Source: an uncultured Chloroflexia bacterium (lineage in GTDB: Bacteria; Chloroflexota; Limnocylindria; Limnocylindrales; CSP1-4). From it: DNA of 64,000 nucleotides. Location of the stretch: assembly GCA_963813335.1 (NCBI GenBank), contig CAWEYL010000002.1, forward strand, positions 66,923 through 130,922. Reading direction: 5' to 3'. The notes under the pieces are model-generated. The model was not told the origin of the DNA. It did not search any database and worked only from the letters and a program-made list of their open reading frames with translations. Position 1 is the first letter of the stretch, and every line of letters starts with the position of its first letter. Positions 45,705-54,490 of this stretch are shown in pieces. The translations under genes and the position numbers were made by a program.

Positions 45705-46823
45705 GTGAGACTCTCGGTCATGCAGGAGAACCTGGCCCGCGGCCTGTCCATCGTCAGCCGCGCCGTGTCCAGCCGCAGCACCCTGCCGGTCCTGGCCAAC
45801 GTCCTGCTCAAGACGGAGGATGCGGGGCTCAAGCTGACCGCCACGAACCTCGAGATCGGGATCACCTACTGGGTGCCCGGCAAGATCGAATCCGACGGCG
45901 CCACGACGGTCCCGGCCAAGCTGCTGACCGATCTCGTGAACTCGCTGCCCGCCGGCGACAAGGTCGACCTGGAGCTCACCGCCGGCGAATCGCTCCATCT
46001 CCGGAGCGGGCGGTTCGAGACCCACATCAAGGGCATCGACGCCGACGAGTTCCCGGCCATCCAGGCCGCCGGCGAGCGGCCGACGACGCGGGTGGCCCAG
46101 GACGTCCTGCGCAAGGCGCTCAACGAGACCACCTTCGCGGCCGCGAGCGACGAGGCGCGCCCGATCCTGACCGGCGTCCTGGCCCGCTTCGAGGGCAACC
46201 TCCTGACCCTCGCCGCGGCCGACAACTACCGGATCGCGGTCAAGACCATCGCGATCCTGGACGCGGTCCCGGAGACCAGCGTCGTCATCCCGGCCCGCGC
46301 CCTCAACGAGCTGGCGCGCGTCCTGTCGGACACCACCGACGCCGTCGAGATCGTCCTCGCCGGCGGCCGCAACCAGGTGCTCTTCCACCTCGAGGGCGTG
46401 GACCTCGTCAGCCGGCTCATCGACGGCCAGTTCCCGAACTACCAGCAGGTCGTACCGAAGGAGCACACGACCCGCGCGGTGCTCGACCGCGAGGAGCTGC
46501 TCCGCGCGGTGCGCCCGGCCGCCCTCATCGCCCACGAATCCGCGAACATCGTCAAGTTCCAGGTGGGCGGCGACGGCGAGGCCGGGATCACGGTCAGCGC
46601 CAACGCCGAGGTCGGCGACCACGTCGGGCAGGTGGAGGCCACGGTCGAGGGCGACGGGACGACCATCGCGTTCAACGCCCGCTATCTCGCGGACGTCCTG
46701 ACGAACGTCGATGCCGAGCAGTTCGCGCTCGAGCTCAACGGCCCGCTCTCGCCCGGGGTGTTCAAGCCGGTCGGCGACGACAGCTACGTCCACGTCGTCA
46801 TGCCCGTCCGGACGACCTCATAG
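45705..46823 (+). CDS. dnaN: DNA polymerase III beta clamp
   Basis: STLPVLANVL, ATNLE, ARPILTGV, AADNYR, SRLIDGQFPNY, VVMPVR. Confidence 0.97.
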   Translation: MRLSVMQENLARGLSIVSRAVSSRSTLPVLANVLLKTEDAGLKLTATNLEIGITYWVPGKIESDGATTVPAKLLTDLVNSLPAGDKVDLELTAGESLHLRSGRFETHIKGIDADEFPAIQAAGERPTTRVAQDVLRKALNETTFAAASDEARPILTGVLARFEGNLLTLAAADNYRIAVKTIAILDAVPETSVVIPARALNELARVLSDTTDAVEIVLAGGRNQVLFHLEGVDLVSRLIDGQFPNYQQVVPKEHTTRAVLDREELLRAVRPAALIAHESANIVKFQVGGDGEAGITVSANAEVGDHVGQVEATVEGDGTTIAFNARYLADVLTNVDAEQFALELNGPLSPGVFKPVGDDSYVHVVMPVRTTS

Positions 46824-48037
46824 CCGACGACCGGAGGGCGGACCGGCCGGACCGGACCGCGGCGACCCTGCTCGACTCGATCAGCCTGCTCGATCTCCGG
46901 GGCTACGAAGCCCTCGAGGCCGCCTTCGGGCCCGGGCCGCAGCTGATCTGGGGTCCCAACGCCGCGGGCAAGACCAGCCTCCTCGAAGCCATCGTGCTGC
47001 TCGCCTGGGGGCGTTCGCACCGGACGACCGCGGACGGCGAGCTGATCCGCTGGGAACGGGACCTCGCCCGGGTCGAGGGGCGCGTCGGCCAGGACGTCGT
47101 CGAGGTGGCGATCGTCCGCTCCGGGACGAACGGCAGCGCCGGCCGCAAGCGGATCAGGGTCAACGGGGTCGGGCGGCGCGTCGGCGCGCTCGACGGTCCG
47201 CTGCGCGTCGTGGTCTTCGCCCCGGAGGAGATGCTGCTGGTGGCCGGCTCCCCGGGCCTGCGCCGCGCCGCGCTCGACCAGCTCGCGAGCGCCACGACCC
47301 CGGGCCATGCGACGACGCTCGCGACCTACGGCCGGACCCTCCAGCAGCGGAACGGGCTCCTGCGCTCGATCCGCGAGGAGACCGCCAGCCGCGACGAGCT
47401 GCGCTTCTGGGACGGGACGTTCCTCGATGCCGCGGCCCGGATCGTCGAGGACCGGCTGCGGCTGCTCGACCGCCTCGGGGCGCCGCTCGCCCGGGCGCAC
47501 GCCGAGATCGCGACCGACGAGGCCGAGGCCGCCACGCTGGGCGTGCGCTACTCGACGAACGCGGCGGCGGCGCCGGGCGAGACCCCGCGGGAGGCGCTGG
47601 CCCGCCGGCTGGTCGAGACCGCCGACAAGGAGGTCTGGAACGGGGCGACGCTCATCGGCCCGCACCGTGACGACCTCGTCTTCGAGCTGGGCGGCCGCGA
47701 CCTGGCCGGCTTCGCGTCGCGCGGCCAGCAGCGGACCGCGATCCTCTCGTTCAAGCTGGCCGAACTGGACCTGCTGACGGAGCTCGACGGCCGGGCGCCG
47801 CTCCTGCTCCTCGACGACGTCTTCTCCGAGCTGGACCCCGACCGCCGTGGCCATCTCGTCCGGCGCATCGCGGCGCTGCCGCAGTCCTTCGTGACGACCA
47901 CCACCCTCGACGACCTCGACCCGTCGCTCCGGGCGATCGGCACCAGCTGGGAGGTCCGCGCCGAGGACGGGCGCGCCCGGCTCGTGCCTGCGCCGGGCCT
48001 CGCCGGGGCGGTCGGCGGCGTCCCGGGCGCCCCGTGA
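46820..48037 (+). CDS. recF: DNA replication/repair protein RecF (apparent non-canonical start)
   Basis: Walker A GPNAAGKTS lies upstream of the first GTG (46994); GPHRDDL, SRGQQRT, LLLDDVFSELD. In-frame ATA at 46820 overlaps the dnaN TAG. Confidence 0.93.
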   Translation: MADDRRADRPDRTAATLLDSISLLDLRGYEALEAAFGPGPQLIWGPNAAGKTSLLEAIVLLAWGRSHRTTADGELIRWERDLARVEGRVGQDVVEVAIVRSGTNGSAGRKRIRVNGVGRRVGALDGPLRVVVFAPEEMLLVAGSPGLRRAALDQLASATTPGHATTLATYGRTLQQRNGLLRSIREETASRDELRFWDGTFLDAAARIVEDRLRLLDRLGAPLARAHAEIATDEAEAATLGVRYSTNAAAAPGETPREALARRLVETADKEVWNGATLIGPHRDDLVFELGGRDLAGFASRGQQRTAILSFKLAELDLLTELDGRAPLLLLDDVFSELDPDRRGHLVRRIAALPQSFVTTTTLDDLDPSLRAIGTSWEVRAEDGRARLVPAPGLAGAVGGVPGAP

Positions 48038-48363
48038 CCGCGCGCCGCAAGCCGATGGTCCGCCTCGGCGACCTCATACCGGACGCGGCCCGCGCCCTGG
48101 GCCTGGAGGACGAGCTGCGCCTGTCCCGGGCGATCGCCACCTTCGAGGGCCTCGTCGCCGAGCGGGTGCCGCCGGCGGCCGGCGCGTGCCGGGTCGTCCG
48201 CCTCGAGGGGTTCGTGGTCGACATCGAGGCCGACGCCCCGATCGTGGCCCAGGAGCTGCGGCTGCGCTCGAGCGAGCTCCTCGGCGCGTTCGCGGCGGCG
48301 CCGGGCGGGATCGGCGTCCGCGAACTGCGGGTCCACGTCCGACGGCCGGGCCCCCGCGTATAA
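48034..48363 (+). CDS. DciA/DUF721-family protein
   Basis: Directly after recF; RLGDLI, VDIEADAPIVAQELRL. Confidence 0.7.
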   Translation: MTARRKPMVRLGDLIPDAARALGLEDELRLSRAIATFEGLVAERVPPAAGACRVVRLEGFVVDIEADAPIVAQELRLRSSELLGAFAAAPGGIGVRELRVHVRRPGPRV

Positions 48364-48486
48364 TCCGCGGCACCTGCCAGCCATCTCGGGGCGTACCGTC
48401 CCCGATCGAACCGGGAACGTCCGCTCGCTCGACCGCCTCGCGCACCAGGACAAGCACGAGGTCCCGCCCGACCACGAGAGGCCCGC

Positions 48487-50793
48487 ATGGCCGTTCGACT
48501 CCAGATGAAACTCGGCGTCGTCGCCGAACACGACCGACTCCCTGACTCGCCCGACACGCTCGTCGTCGTCGAGCCGAACGTCGGGTCGGTAGCCCGCTCG
48601 AAGGGCCTGCTCTACCTGCTCGTGACATCGCGGATCAGCTCGCGCCACGCCCTCGAGGCCACCCGCCTCGCGGCCGAGACCATCCGCAACGAGTACTACT
48701 ACGACGAGTCGGCCGGCATCCGCGTCTGCATCCAGAAGGCGATCTCGACCGCGAACAAGCGCCTGGCGCACCAGGCCGACCGCCTCGGCCTGAAGTCGAC
48801 CGACGGGAACGGCCCGATCGGCATCGGGCTGGCTGTCGTCCGCGGCAACGAGATGTACGTCGCGACGATCGGACCGGCCGAGGCCTACCTGATCCGCCAG
48901 GCGCGGCTCTCGACGCTGCCGGACCCGCACCGGGAGCGCGGCCTGCCGTCGGGCGACATCGAGCCGGACGTGTGGCGCGGCGAGATCTCGGTCGGCGATT
49001 CGCTCGTGCTGGTCTCGCCCAACGTCGTCGCCAAGCTCGGCCCGGACGAGCTGAAGGACGCGATGCTCACGCTCCACCCGCAGTCGGCGATGGAGCACCT
49101 CCACCACCGGTTCGTCGCCGACGGCGGGGCGGGCAGCGACGGGGCGATCGCGTTCGAGGCCGCCGAGGTCTCGGCCACCGCGCGCGGGCGCTCGCCCGTC
49201 CCGGTCAAGCCGCCGGAGCCGCTGGCCGGCGCCCCGGACCGCTCGCCGATCCCGCTCGCCGACAACGTCCAGGCGGCGGGGCTGGCCGTCAGCGCGGCCG
49301 CCGGGAGCGCCCGGGTGGCGGCCGGCGGCGCCGTCGGTCGTGTCGTCCACCGCCTTCAGGACCTGATGCCACGGCGCAAGCCCGCGTACCGGCGGGTCAC
49401 GCCGCTCGCCTCGCGCCGCGAGACCCAGCGCCGCGCCGCGCTCGCGCTGCTCGCCCTCGTCGTCGTGGTCGGCGGGCTCGGCCTCGCCGTGTACGCCTTC
49501 GGCGGGACCGGCAAGCAGGCGGCCATCAGCTCCGTCAACGCCGGCCAGGAGGCCCTCGACAAGGCGCGCGAGAACCTCGCCAAGGTCAAGGGACCCGGGA
49601 TCGACCTGGTGGCGGCCGACCCCGGCCAGGCGAAGACGCTCCTCACGGAGGCGTACCAGCAGCTCGACGCCGCCCAGAAGGCCAATGTCAGTGCCGCGGT
49701 CATCGACCCGCTCCGGCGGCAGGCGGTCGCCGGGCTCGACACGCTCTACGGCGTGGTCCCGGTGGCCTCGACCACGCTCTTCACGTTCAAGCCGGCGGAC
49801 GGCGCGCCCGCGATCGACCTGGGCGGCCTCGTCGTCGGTCCGGACGGCGCCCCGTACGTGCTCGACCGCTCGACCAAGACCGTGTACCGCATCGACCTCA
49901 AGAACAAGAAGGCCACCCTCGTCGCCCGGTCGGGCACGAAGGCCGCCGGCACGACCGTCGCCACGCCGAGGTTCCTTGCGGTCGGCGGGCAGGACGTGCT
50001 GATCCTCGATTCCAAGAACGTCCTGTGGCGCTGGCGGTCGTCGAACGCCACCGGCAAGGGCACGCTGGTCAAGGTCACCGTCCAGGGCGCCAGCTCGTGG
50101 GGCGACGACGTGACCGCCATCGGGACCTACCTGCAGGACGCCAGCCGCGGGCTGTACAAGCTGTACGTGGTGGACCCGTCGGAGCAGCAGATCCACGCCT
50201 ACTCGCCGGCGGCGGACGGCGGCGGGTTCCCCTCCAAGTCGATCCCCTGGCTCGCCACGGCGCGCGACGTGAGCGGCATCACCTCGCTCCTGATCGACGG
50301 CGACCTGTACGCCACCGACGCCGGCACCCTGGACAAGTACACCTCGGGCAAGGACAACGGCTGGAAGGCGAAGCCGCCCGGCGACGACCTGCTCCGCCCC
50401 GCCCCCGTCTACACGCTCTCGTCGGGGCCGAACCTGCCGGCGGACCGCGACAAGGGCGAGATCTACGTCTACGACGGCCCCAACGCGCGGATCGTCGCGA
50501 TCGAGAAGGCCAGCGGCGGGTCGAGCGGCGCCTACAAGGCCCAGTACCGGCTGGCTGGCGGGGACGCGGGCTGGGGGGACCTGCGCGGGATGGTCGTGAC
50601 CCCCGGCCTCCAGGACGCCCCAGGGAACGTGCTGTGGATCTCGGCCGACGGGCTCCACCAGGCCACGCTCGAGGCCGTCCCCGACGAGACCGCCAGCCCG
50701 TCGGCCAGCCCGTCCGCCAGCCCGTCCGCCGCGCCCACGGCGACCCCCAAGCCGACGAAGAAGCCGACCGCGAAGCCGACCAAGAAGCCGTAG
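48487..50793 (+). CDS. Single-pass membrane protein: degenerate PP2C-like domain, TM, beta-propeller-like ectodomain, S/P/T/K tail
   Basis: PP2C motif spacing without catalytic Asp residues; TM ALALLALVVVVGGLGLAVYAF; NHL-like blades (GAPYVLDRS, LYVVDPS, EIYVYDG). Confidence 0.7.
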   Translation: MAVRLQMKLGVVAEHDRLPDSPDTLVVVEPNVGSVARSKGLLYLLVTSRISSRHALEATRLAAETIRNEYYYDESAGIRVCIQKAISTANKRLAHQADRLGLKSTDGNGPIGIGLAVVRGNEMYVATIGPAEAYLIRQARLSTLPDPHRERGLPSGDIEPDVWRGEISVGDSLVLVSPNVVAKLGPDELKDAMLTLHPQSAMEHLHHRFVADGGAGSDGAIAFEAAEVSATARGRSPVPVKPPEPLAGAPDRSPIPLADNVQAAGLAVSAAAGSARVAAGGAVGRVVHRLQDLMPRRKPAYRRVTPLASRRETQRRAALALLALVVVVGGLGLAVYAFGGTGKQAAISSVNAGQEALDKARENLAKVKGPGIDLVAADPGQAKTLLTEAYQQLDAAQKANVSAAVIDPLRRQAVAGLDTLYGVVPVASTTLFTFKPADGAPAIDLGGLVVGPDGAPYVLDRSTKTVYRIDLKNKKATLVARSGTKAAGTTVATPRFLAVGGQDVLILDSKNVLWRWRSSNATGKGTLVKVTVQGASSWGDDVTAIGTYLQDASRGLYKLYVVDPSEQQIHAYSPAADGGGFPSKSIPWLATARDVSGITSLLIDGDLYATDAGTLDKYTSGKDNGWKAKPPGDDLLRPAPVYTLSSGPNLPADRDKGEIYVYDGPNARIVAIEKASGGSSGAYKAQYRLAGGDAGWGDLRGMVVTPGLQDAPGNVLWISADGLHQATLEAVPDETASPSASPSASPSAAPTATPKPTKKPTAKPTKKP
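50692..50790 (+). repeat. Coding tandem repeats (ASPS)x3 and PTKK/PTAK
   Basis: GCCAGCCCGTC(G/C) three times at 50692-50727, then AAGCCGAC repeats. Confidence 0.8.
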
Positions 50794-50805
50794 GGCCGTC
50801 CGGCC

Positions 50806-51528
50806 ATGATCCCGCTGCGCGACGCGAACCCGACGCGCCGGACGCCGCTGGTCACGATCGGGCTCGTCATCGCCTGCCTGGCGGCCTTCGCCTACGAGCT
50901 GGGCCTCCTCGCCAGCGGCGGCGAGCCCTCGCTCGACCGGTTCGTCACGGCGTGGGGCGTGGTCCCGTCCGAGCTCACCACCGCCTGGGCCAGGGGCGAC
51001 ATCCTCTCGCAGGAGACCGCCACGCTCATCACCAGCCAGTTCCTGCACGCCGGCTGGCTGCACCTGGTGGGCAACCTGCTCTACCTGTGGATCTTCGCCA
51101 ACAACATCGAGGACCGCCTGGGGCGCGCCGCGTTCCTGCTCTTCTACCTTGCCGGCGGGGTCGCGGCGGCGCTCGCCCAGGTCGCGGTGGCGCCGGGCTC
51201 CGACATCCCGACGATCGGCGCGTCGGGCGCGATCGCGGCGACCCTCGGCGCGTACATCGTGTTCTTCCCGCGCGCCCGGATCACGTCGCTGGTGTTCCTC
51301 GGCTTCTTCTACCAGCTGATCGACGTGCCGGCGATGATCGTGCTGGGCTTCTGGTTCGTGCTCCAGCTCATCGACGGGATCACCTCGATCGGCCTGGTCG
51401 AGGCCAACGGCGGCGTGGCGTTCTTCGCGCATATCGGCGGATTCGTCGCGGGCGCCCTGGTCGCCCGCCTCGTGCTCACCCTGGGCGGCGGCCCGGGCCG
51501 GCCGGCGGCCCCGGCCACCGTGGGATAA
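50806..51528 (+). CDS. Rhomboid intramembrane serine protease
   Basis: FLHAGWLHLVGN, IGASGA (catalytic Ser), AHIGGF (catalytic His). Confidence 0.93.
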   Translation: MIPLRDANPTRRTPLVTIGLVIACLAAFAYELGLLASGGEPSLDRFVTAWGVVPSELTTAWARGDILSQETATLITSQFLHAGWLHLVGNLLYLWIFANNIEDRLGRAAFLLFYLAGGVAAALAQVAVAPGSDIPTIGASGAIAATLGAYIVFFPRARITSLVFLGFFYQLIDVPAMIVLGFWFVLQLIDGITSIGLVEANGGVAFFAHIGGFVAGALVARLVLTLGGGPGRPAAPATVG

Positions 51529-51535
51529 TCGGCAC

Positions 51536-52096
51536 ATGCCGGACGACGAGCTGGTCGAGATGGTCGTCGAGAGCGTGCGCGTCCACATGCTGTCGAGCCG
51601 GCACGTGGTGATCCTCAAGGAGACCGGCCGCGAGCGCTACCTCCCGATCTGGATCGGGCCGTGGGAGGCGAGCGCCATCGCGATGAAGCTCCAGGGCCTC
51701 ACCCCGGAGCGCCCGCTGACCCACGACCTGTTCGTCGCGACCCTCGAGGACCTCGGGGTCTCGATCGACCGGGTGATCATCTCCGAGCTGGCCGAGGAGA
51801 CCTTCCACGCCCGCCTCATCGTCGCCGGCGTCGGCCGGACCGTCGAGATCGATGCGCGCCCGTCCGATGCGCTCGCGCTGGCCGTCCGGGCGGGCGTGCG
51901 GATCTTCGCCTCCGCGGCCGTGCTCGAGCAGGCCGGCCTCGGGGCCGACGGCGCCTTCGACGAGGAGGAGGGGGAGCCCGGGATGACGCTCGAGACGACC
52001 GGCGAGGGGCTGGTCGACCCGCGGCTCGACGTCTTCCGCGACTTCGTCAACTCGCTCGACGTGGACCCGGGCGGCGAGAGCCGCCGGGAGAGCTGA
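51536..52096 (+). CDS. Bifunctional nuclease (DUF151/BFN) family protein
   Basis: LPIWIG..EA, RPLTHDL, IDARPSDALALA. Confidence 0.92.
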   Translation: MPDDELVEMVVESVRVHMLSSRHVVILKETGRERYLPIWIGPWEASAIAMKLQGLTPERPLTHDLFVATLEDLGVSIDRVIISELAEETFHARLIVAGVGRTVEIDARPSDALALAVRAGVRIFASAAVLEQAGLGADGAFDEEEGEPGMTLETTGEGLVDPRLDVFRDFVNSLDVDPGGESRRES

Positions 52097-52104
52097 CCGG
52101 CCGG

Positions 52105-52899
52105 TCAACCGCCCAGGATGCTGGCCCCGCGGCGCAGCGAGCGCCGGCGGTTCACCCACATGTACAGCCGCAGGCGCCAGAAGTCGCGCACGGCCTTGGC
52201 GATGACCGACGGCTTGGCCCCGGTCGCGGAGCCGGCCGTGCGCGGGTAGTGCGGCACCCCGACCTCGGCGATGGTCCGACCCGCGGCACCCAGCTTGATG
52301 AGCAGCTCCGCTGAGAAGAACGCCCCGTCCGATTCGACGTGGATGCCCTCGAGCGCCTCGCGGCGGAAGAGCTTGCAGGCGCAGTCGACGTCGGTGACCT
52401 TGAGCCCGAAGAAGATCCGGTTGGCGAGCCGGTAGGCGCGCGCGTAGGCGGTCCGGATGAACGGGTCCGCGCGCTTGATGCGGAAGCCGACGACGACATC
52501 GGGCGCGTCCCCGGCCGCCAGCCGCTCGGTGAGCCGGCCGAGGTCGGCCACATGGAACTGGCGGTCGCCGTCGGTGAAGGCGACGAGCTCGTAGCGGGAC
52601 GCGGCGAAGCCCGAGCGCAGGGCCGCGCCATACCCGAGGTTGGTCGGGTGGTGGACGGCGCGCACGACGTCCGGAAAGCGGGCCGCGAGGTCGTCGGCGA
52701 TGGTCGGCGTCGCGTCGCGCGACCCGTCATCGACCGCGATGATCTCGAACGTCTCGGCGAGCAGCGGCAGGGTCGCCAGGGCCTCGTCGACCAGGCCTTC
52801 GAGGTTGGCCTCCTCGTTGTGGGCCGGGAAGAAGTAGGACAACCGGGCGACCCGGGCCGAATGCGTGATCTCCGTCGCCGGCATGGTTTCGGTGGTCAT
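52105..52899 (-). CDS. GT2 glycosyltransferase (polyprenol-phosphate sugar synthase-like)
   Basis: FFPAHNEE, VDDGSRD, NLGYGAA, TDGDRQF, DVDCACKLFR. Confidence 0.88.
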   Translation of the reverse strand: MTTETMPATEITHSARVARLSYFFPAHNEEANLEGLVDEALATLPLLAETFEIIAVDDGSRDATPTIADDLAARFPDVVRAVHHPTNLGYGAALRSGFAASRYELVAFTDGDRQFHVADLGRLTERLAAGDAPDVVVGFRIKRADPFIRTAYARAYRLANRIFFGLKVTDVDCACKLFRREALEGIHVESDGAFFSAELLIKLGAAGRTIAEVGVPHYPRTAGSATGAKPSVIAKAVRDFWRLRLYMWVNRRRSLRRGASILGG

Positions 52900-54461
52900 G
52901 GCGCCGCGCGGCGCCCCAGCACGTGCATCAGCGATCCGTCCTCCTGCGAGGTGAGCTCATCGATCTCGTAGCGGGCCTTCAGCTCGGCCAGCTCGCGGGG
53001 GTCCTGGCGCATCACATAGACCGGCCGGATCCCGAGGTTGGCGTCGATGACGTCGGTGAGACTCCCGAGGCCCTGGTCGAGGCGGGTCCGGTCGTCGACG
53101 ATGAAGATATCAGGCCGCCGGCCCTCGACGATCTGGGCGTACCAGAGCGGCGTGGAGTAGCTCCACCAGCTGACGACCATGGCGCCGGGCTCCATGAGGT
53201 CGAGCGCCCGGTCGGTCCAGGCGGCGGCCTTGTGGTCGCCGCTGAGGTCGATCGTTGCATAGGAGTTGCGTGCCGCGAGCAGCGACGGCGCCACGAGCGC
53301 GATGGCCACGAGCAGGGCGACGGCGGATCGCAGCGTCGGGCGGTGGCGCAGCGAATCGCTCGTATCGACCCCGACGGCATCCACGAGCAGCCCGCCGAGG
53401 ATCGCCAGCCAGGTCCACGCCATCAGGACCGGACCGAGGTAGTAGCGGGTGATGTCCGCGTTGACGTACGACGACGCGAAGGCGCAGGTGATCAGCACCG
53501 ACGTCCCGGTGAGCAGCGCATAGCGCGGCCGGCGCATCGCCGTCACGACGAAGGCGACCGGGATGAGCGGCGCGAGGATCCCGAACTCGGCGACCGTCAG
53601 CCGGACCAGCGCCGCGACCTTGCCCCCGATGTCGCCGAACGGGTCCTGCAGGCTGCCCTGGAACTGCTGCGCCAGCGCCACATACCAGAAGCCTTCCCAC
53701 GTCTCGGGATGGCCGTAGACGAGTGGCGCCCGGAAGGGGCCGCCCCGGAGCGGCAGCTCCAGATAGACGATGGCGATGGTCGCCACCAGCGCGACCACGC
53801 AGGCGAGGATCAGGCGCGGCCGGCGCAGGATGCCCGGATCGACGGCCAGCACGTACAGGCCGACCGGGACGGCCAGGAGGAGCGTCAGCGAGTGGTTGCC
53901 GACCGCGAGCCCGAACACGATCGCCGCGCCGACCAGCCAGCGGTCGGCGCGCGGGTCCGCCGCGGACCACGAGCGCCCCTCGCCGCGCACGCGGTCGTCC
54001 CAGCCGACGAGCAACCGAAGCAGGATCGCGACCAGCGCCAGGTGCAGGACGTGCGGGTCGGCATGGGTCCCGATCGACCACGCGAGCGGGGTGAGCGCCA
54101 GGGCGAGCCCGGCCGCGACCCCGATCGCGAGGGACCGCGTCAGCGCGCGGACGAGGTCCACCGTCACAGCGGCCGCCACCCCGAGGCAGACCGCCGAAAG
54201 GAGGTTCATCCGGAACGCGGGATCGCCGAGCGGCTGGAAGACCACGGAGGCGAGCCAGCCCAGCAGGACGTAGGTCGGGAAGCCCGTCGGGTGCGCGGTA
54301 CCCAGCAGCGGGCCGACGGTCTGGAACTCCCCGGTGTCCCAGAACGCCACGCCGGGCAGCAGCGCCAGGCGCGCCAAGGCGAACGCCACGACGCCGACCG
54401 CGAGGGCCGGCGCCAGGTGCGAGGGGTCCGCTCGACGACCCTGTGCTACGCTCAGATCCAC
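52896..54461 (-). CDS. DUF2723 (TMEM260-like) GT-C membrane protein
   Basis: FWDTGEFQ, LGTAHPTGFPTY, FRMNLLSA, GLAVGNH; start uncertain. Confidence 0.8.
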   Translation of the reverse strand: MDLSVAQGRRADPSHLAPALAVGVVAFALARLALLPGVAFWDTGEFQTVGPLLGTAHPTGFPTYVLLGWLASVVFQPLGDPAFRMNLLSAVCLGVAAAVTVDLVRALTRSLAIGVAAGLALALTPLAWSIGTHADPHVLHLALVAILLRLLVGWDDRVRGEGRSWSAADPRADRWLVGAAIVFGLAVGNHSLTLLLAVPVGLYVLAVDPGILRRPRLILACVVALVATIAIVYLELPLRGGPFRAPLVYGHPETWEGFWYVALAQQFQGSLQDPFGDIGGKVAALVRLTVAEFGILAPLIPVAFVVTAMRRPRYALLTGTSVLITCAFASSYVNADITRYYLGPVLMAWTWLAILGGLLVDAVGVDTSDSLRHRPTLRSAVALLVAIALVAPSLLAARNSYATIDLSGDHKAAAWTDRALDLMEPGAMVVSWWSYSTPLWYAQIVEGRRPDIFIVDDRTRLDQGLGSLTDVIDANLGIRPVYVMRQDPRELAELKARYEIDELTSQEDGSLMHVLGRRAAP

Positions 54462-54490
54462 CTTCCACGCTCGTGCAGGAGCCGTTCCCG

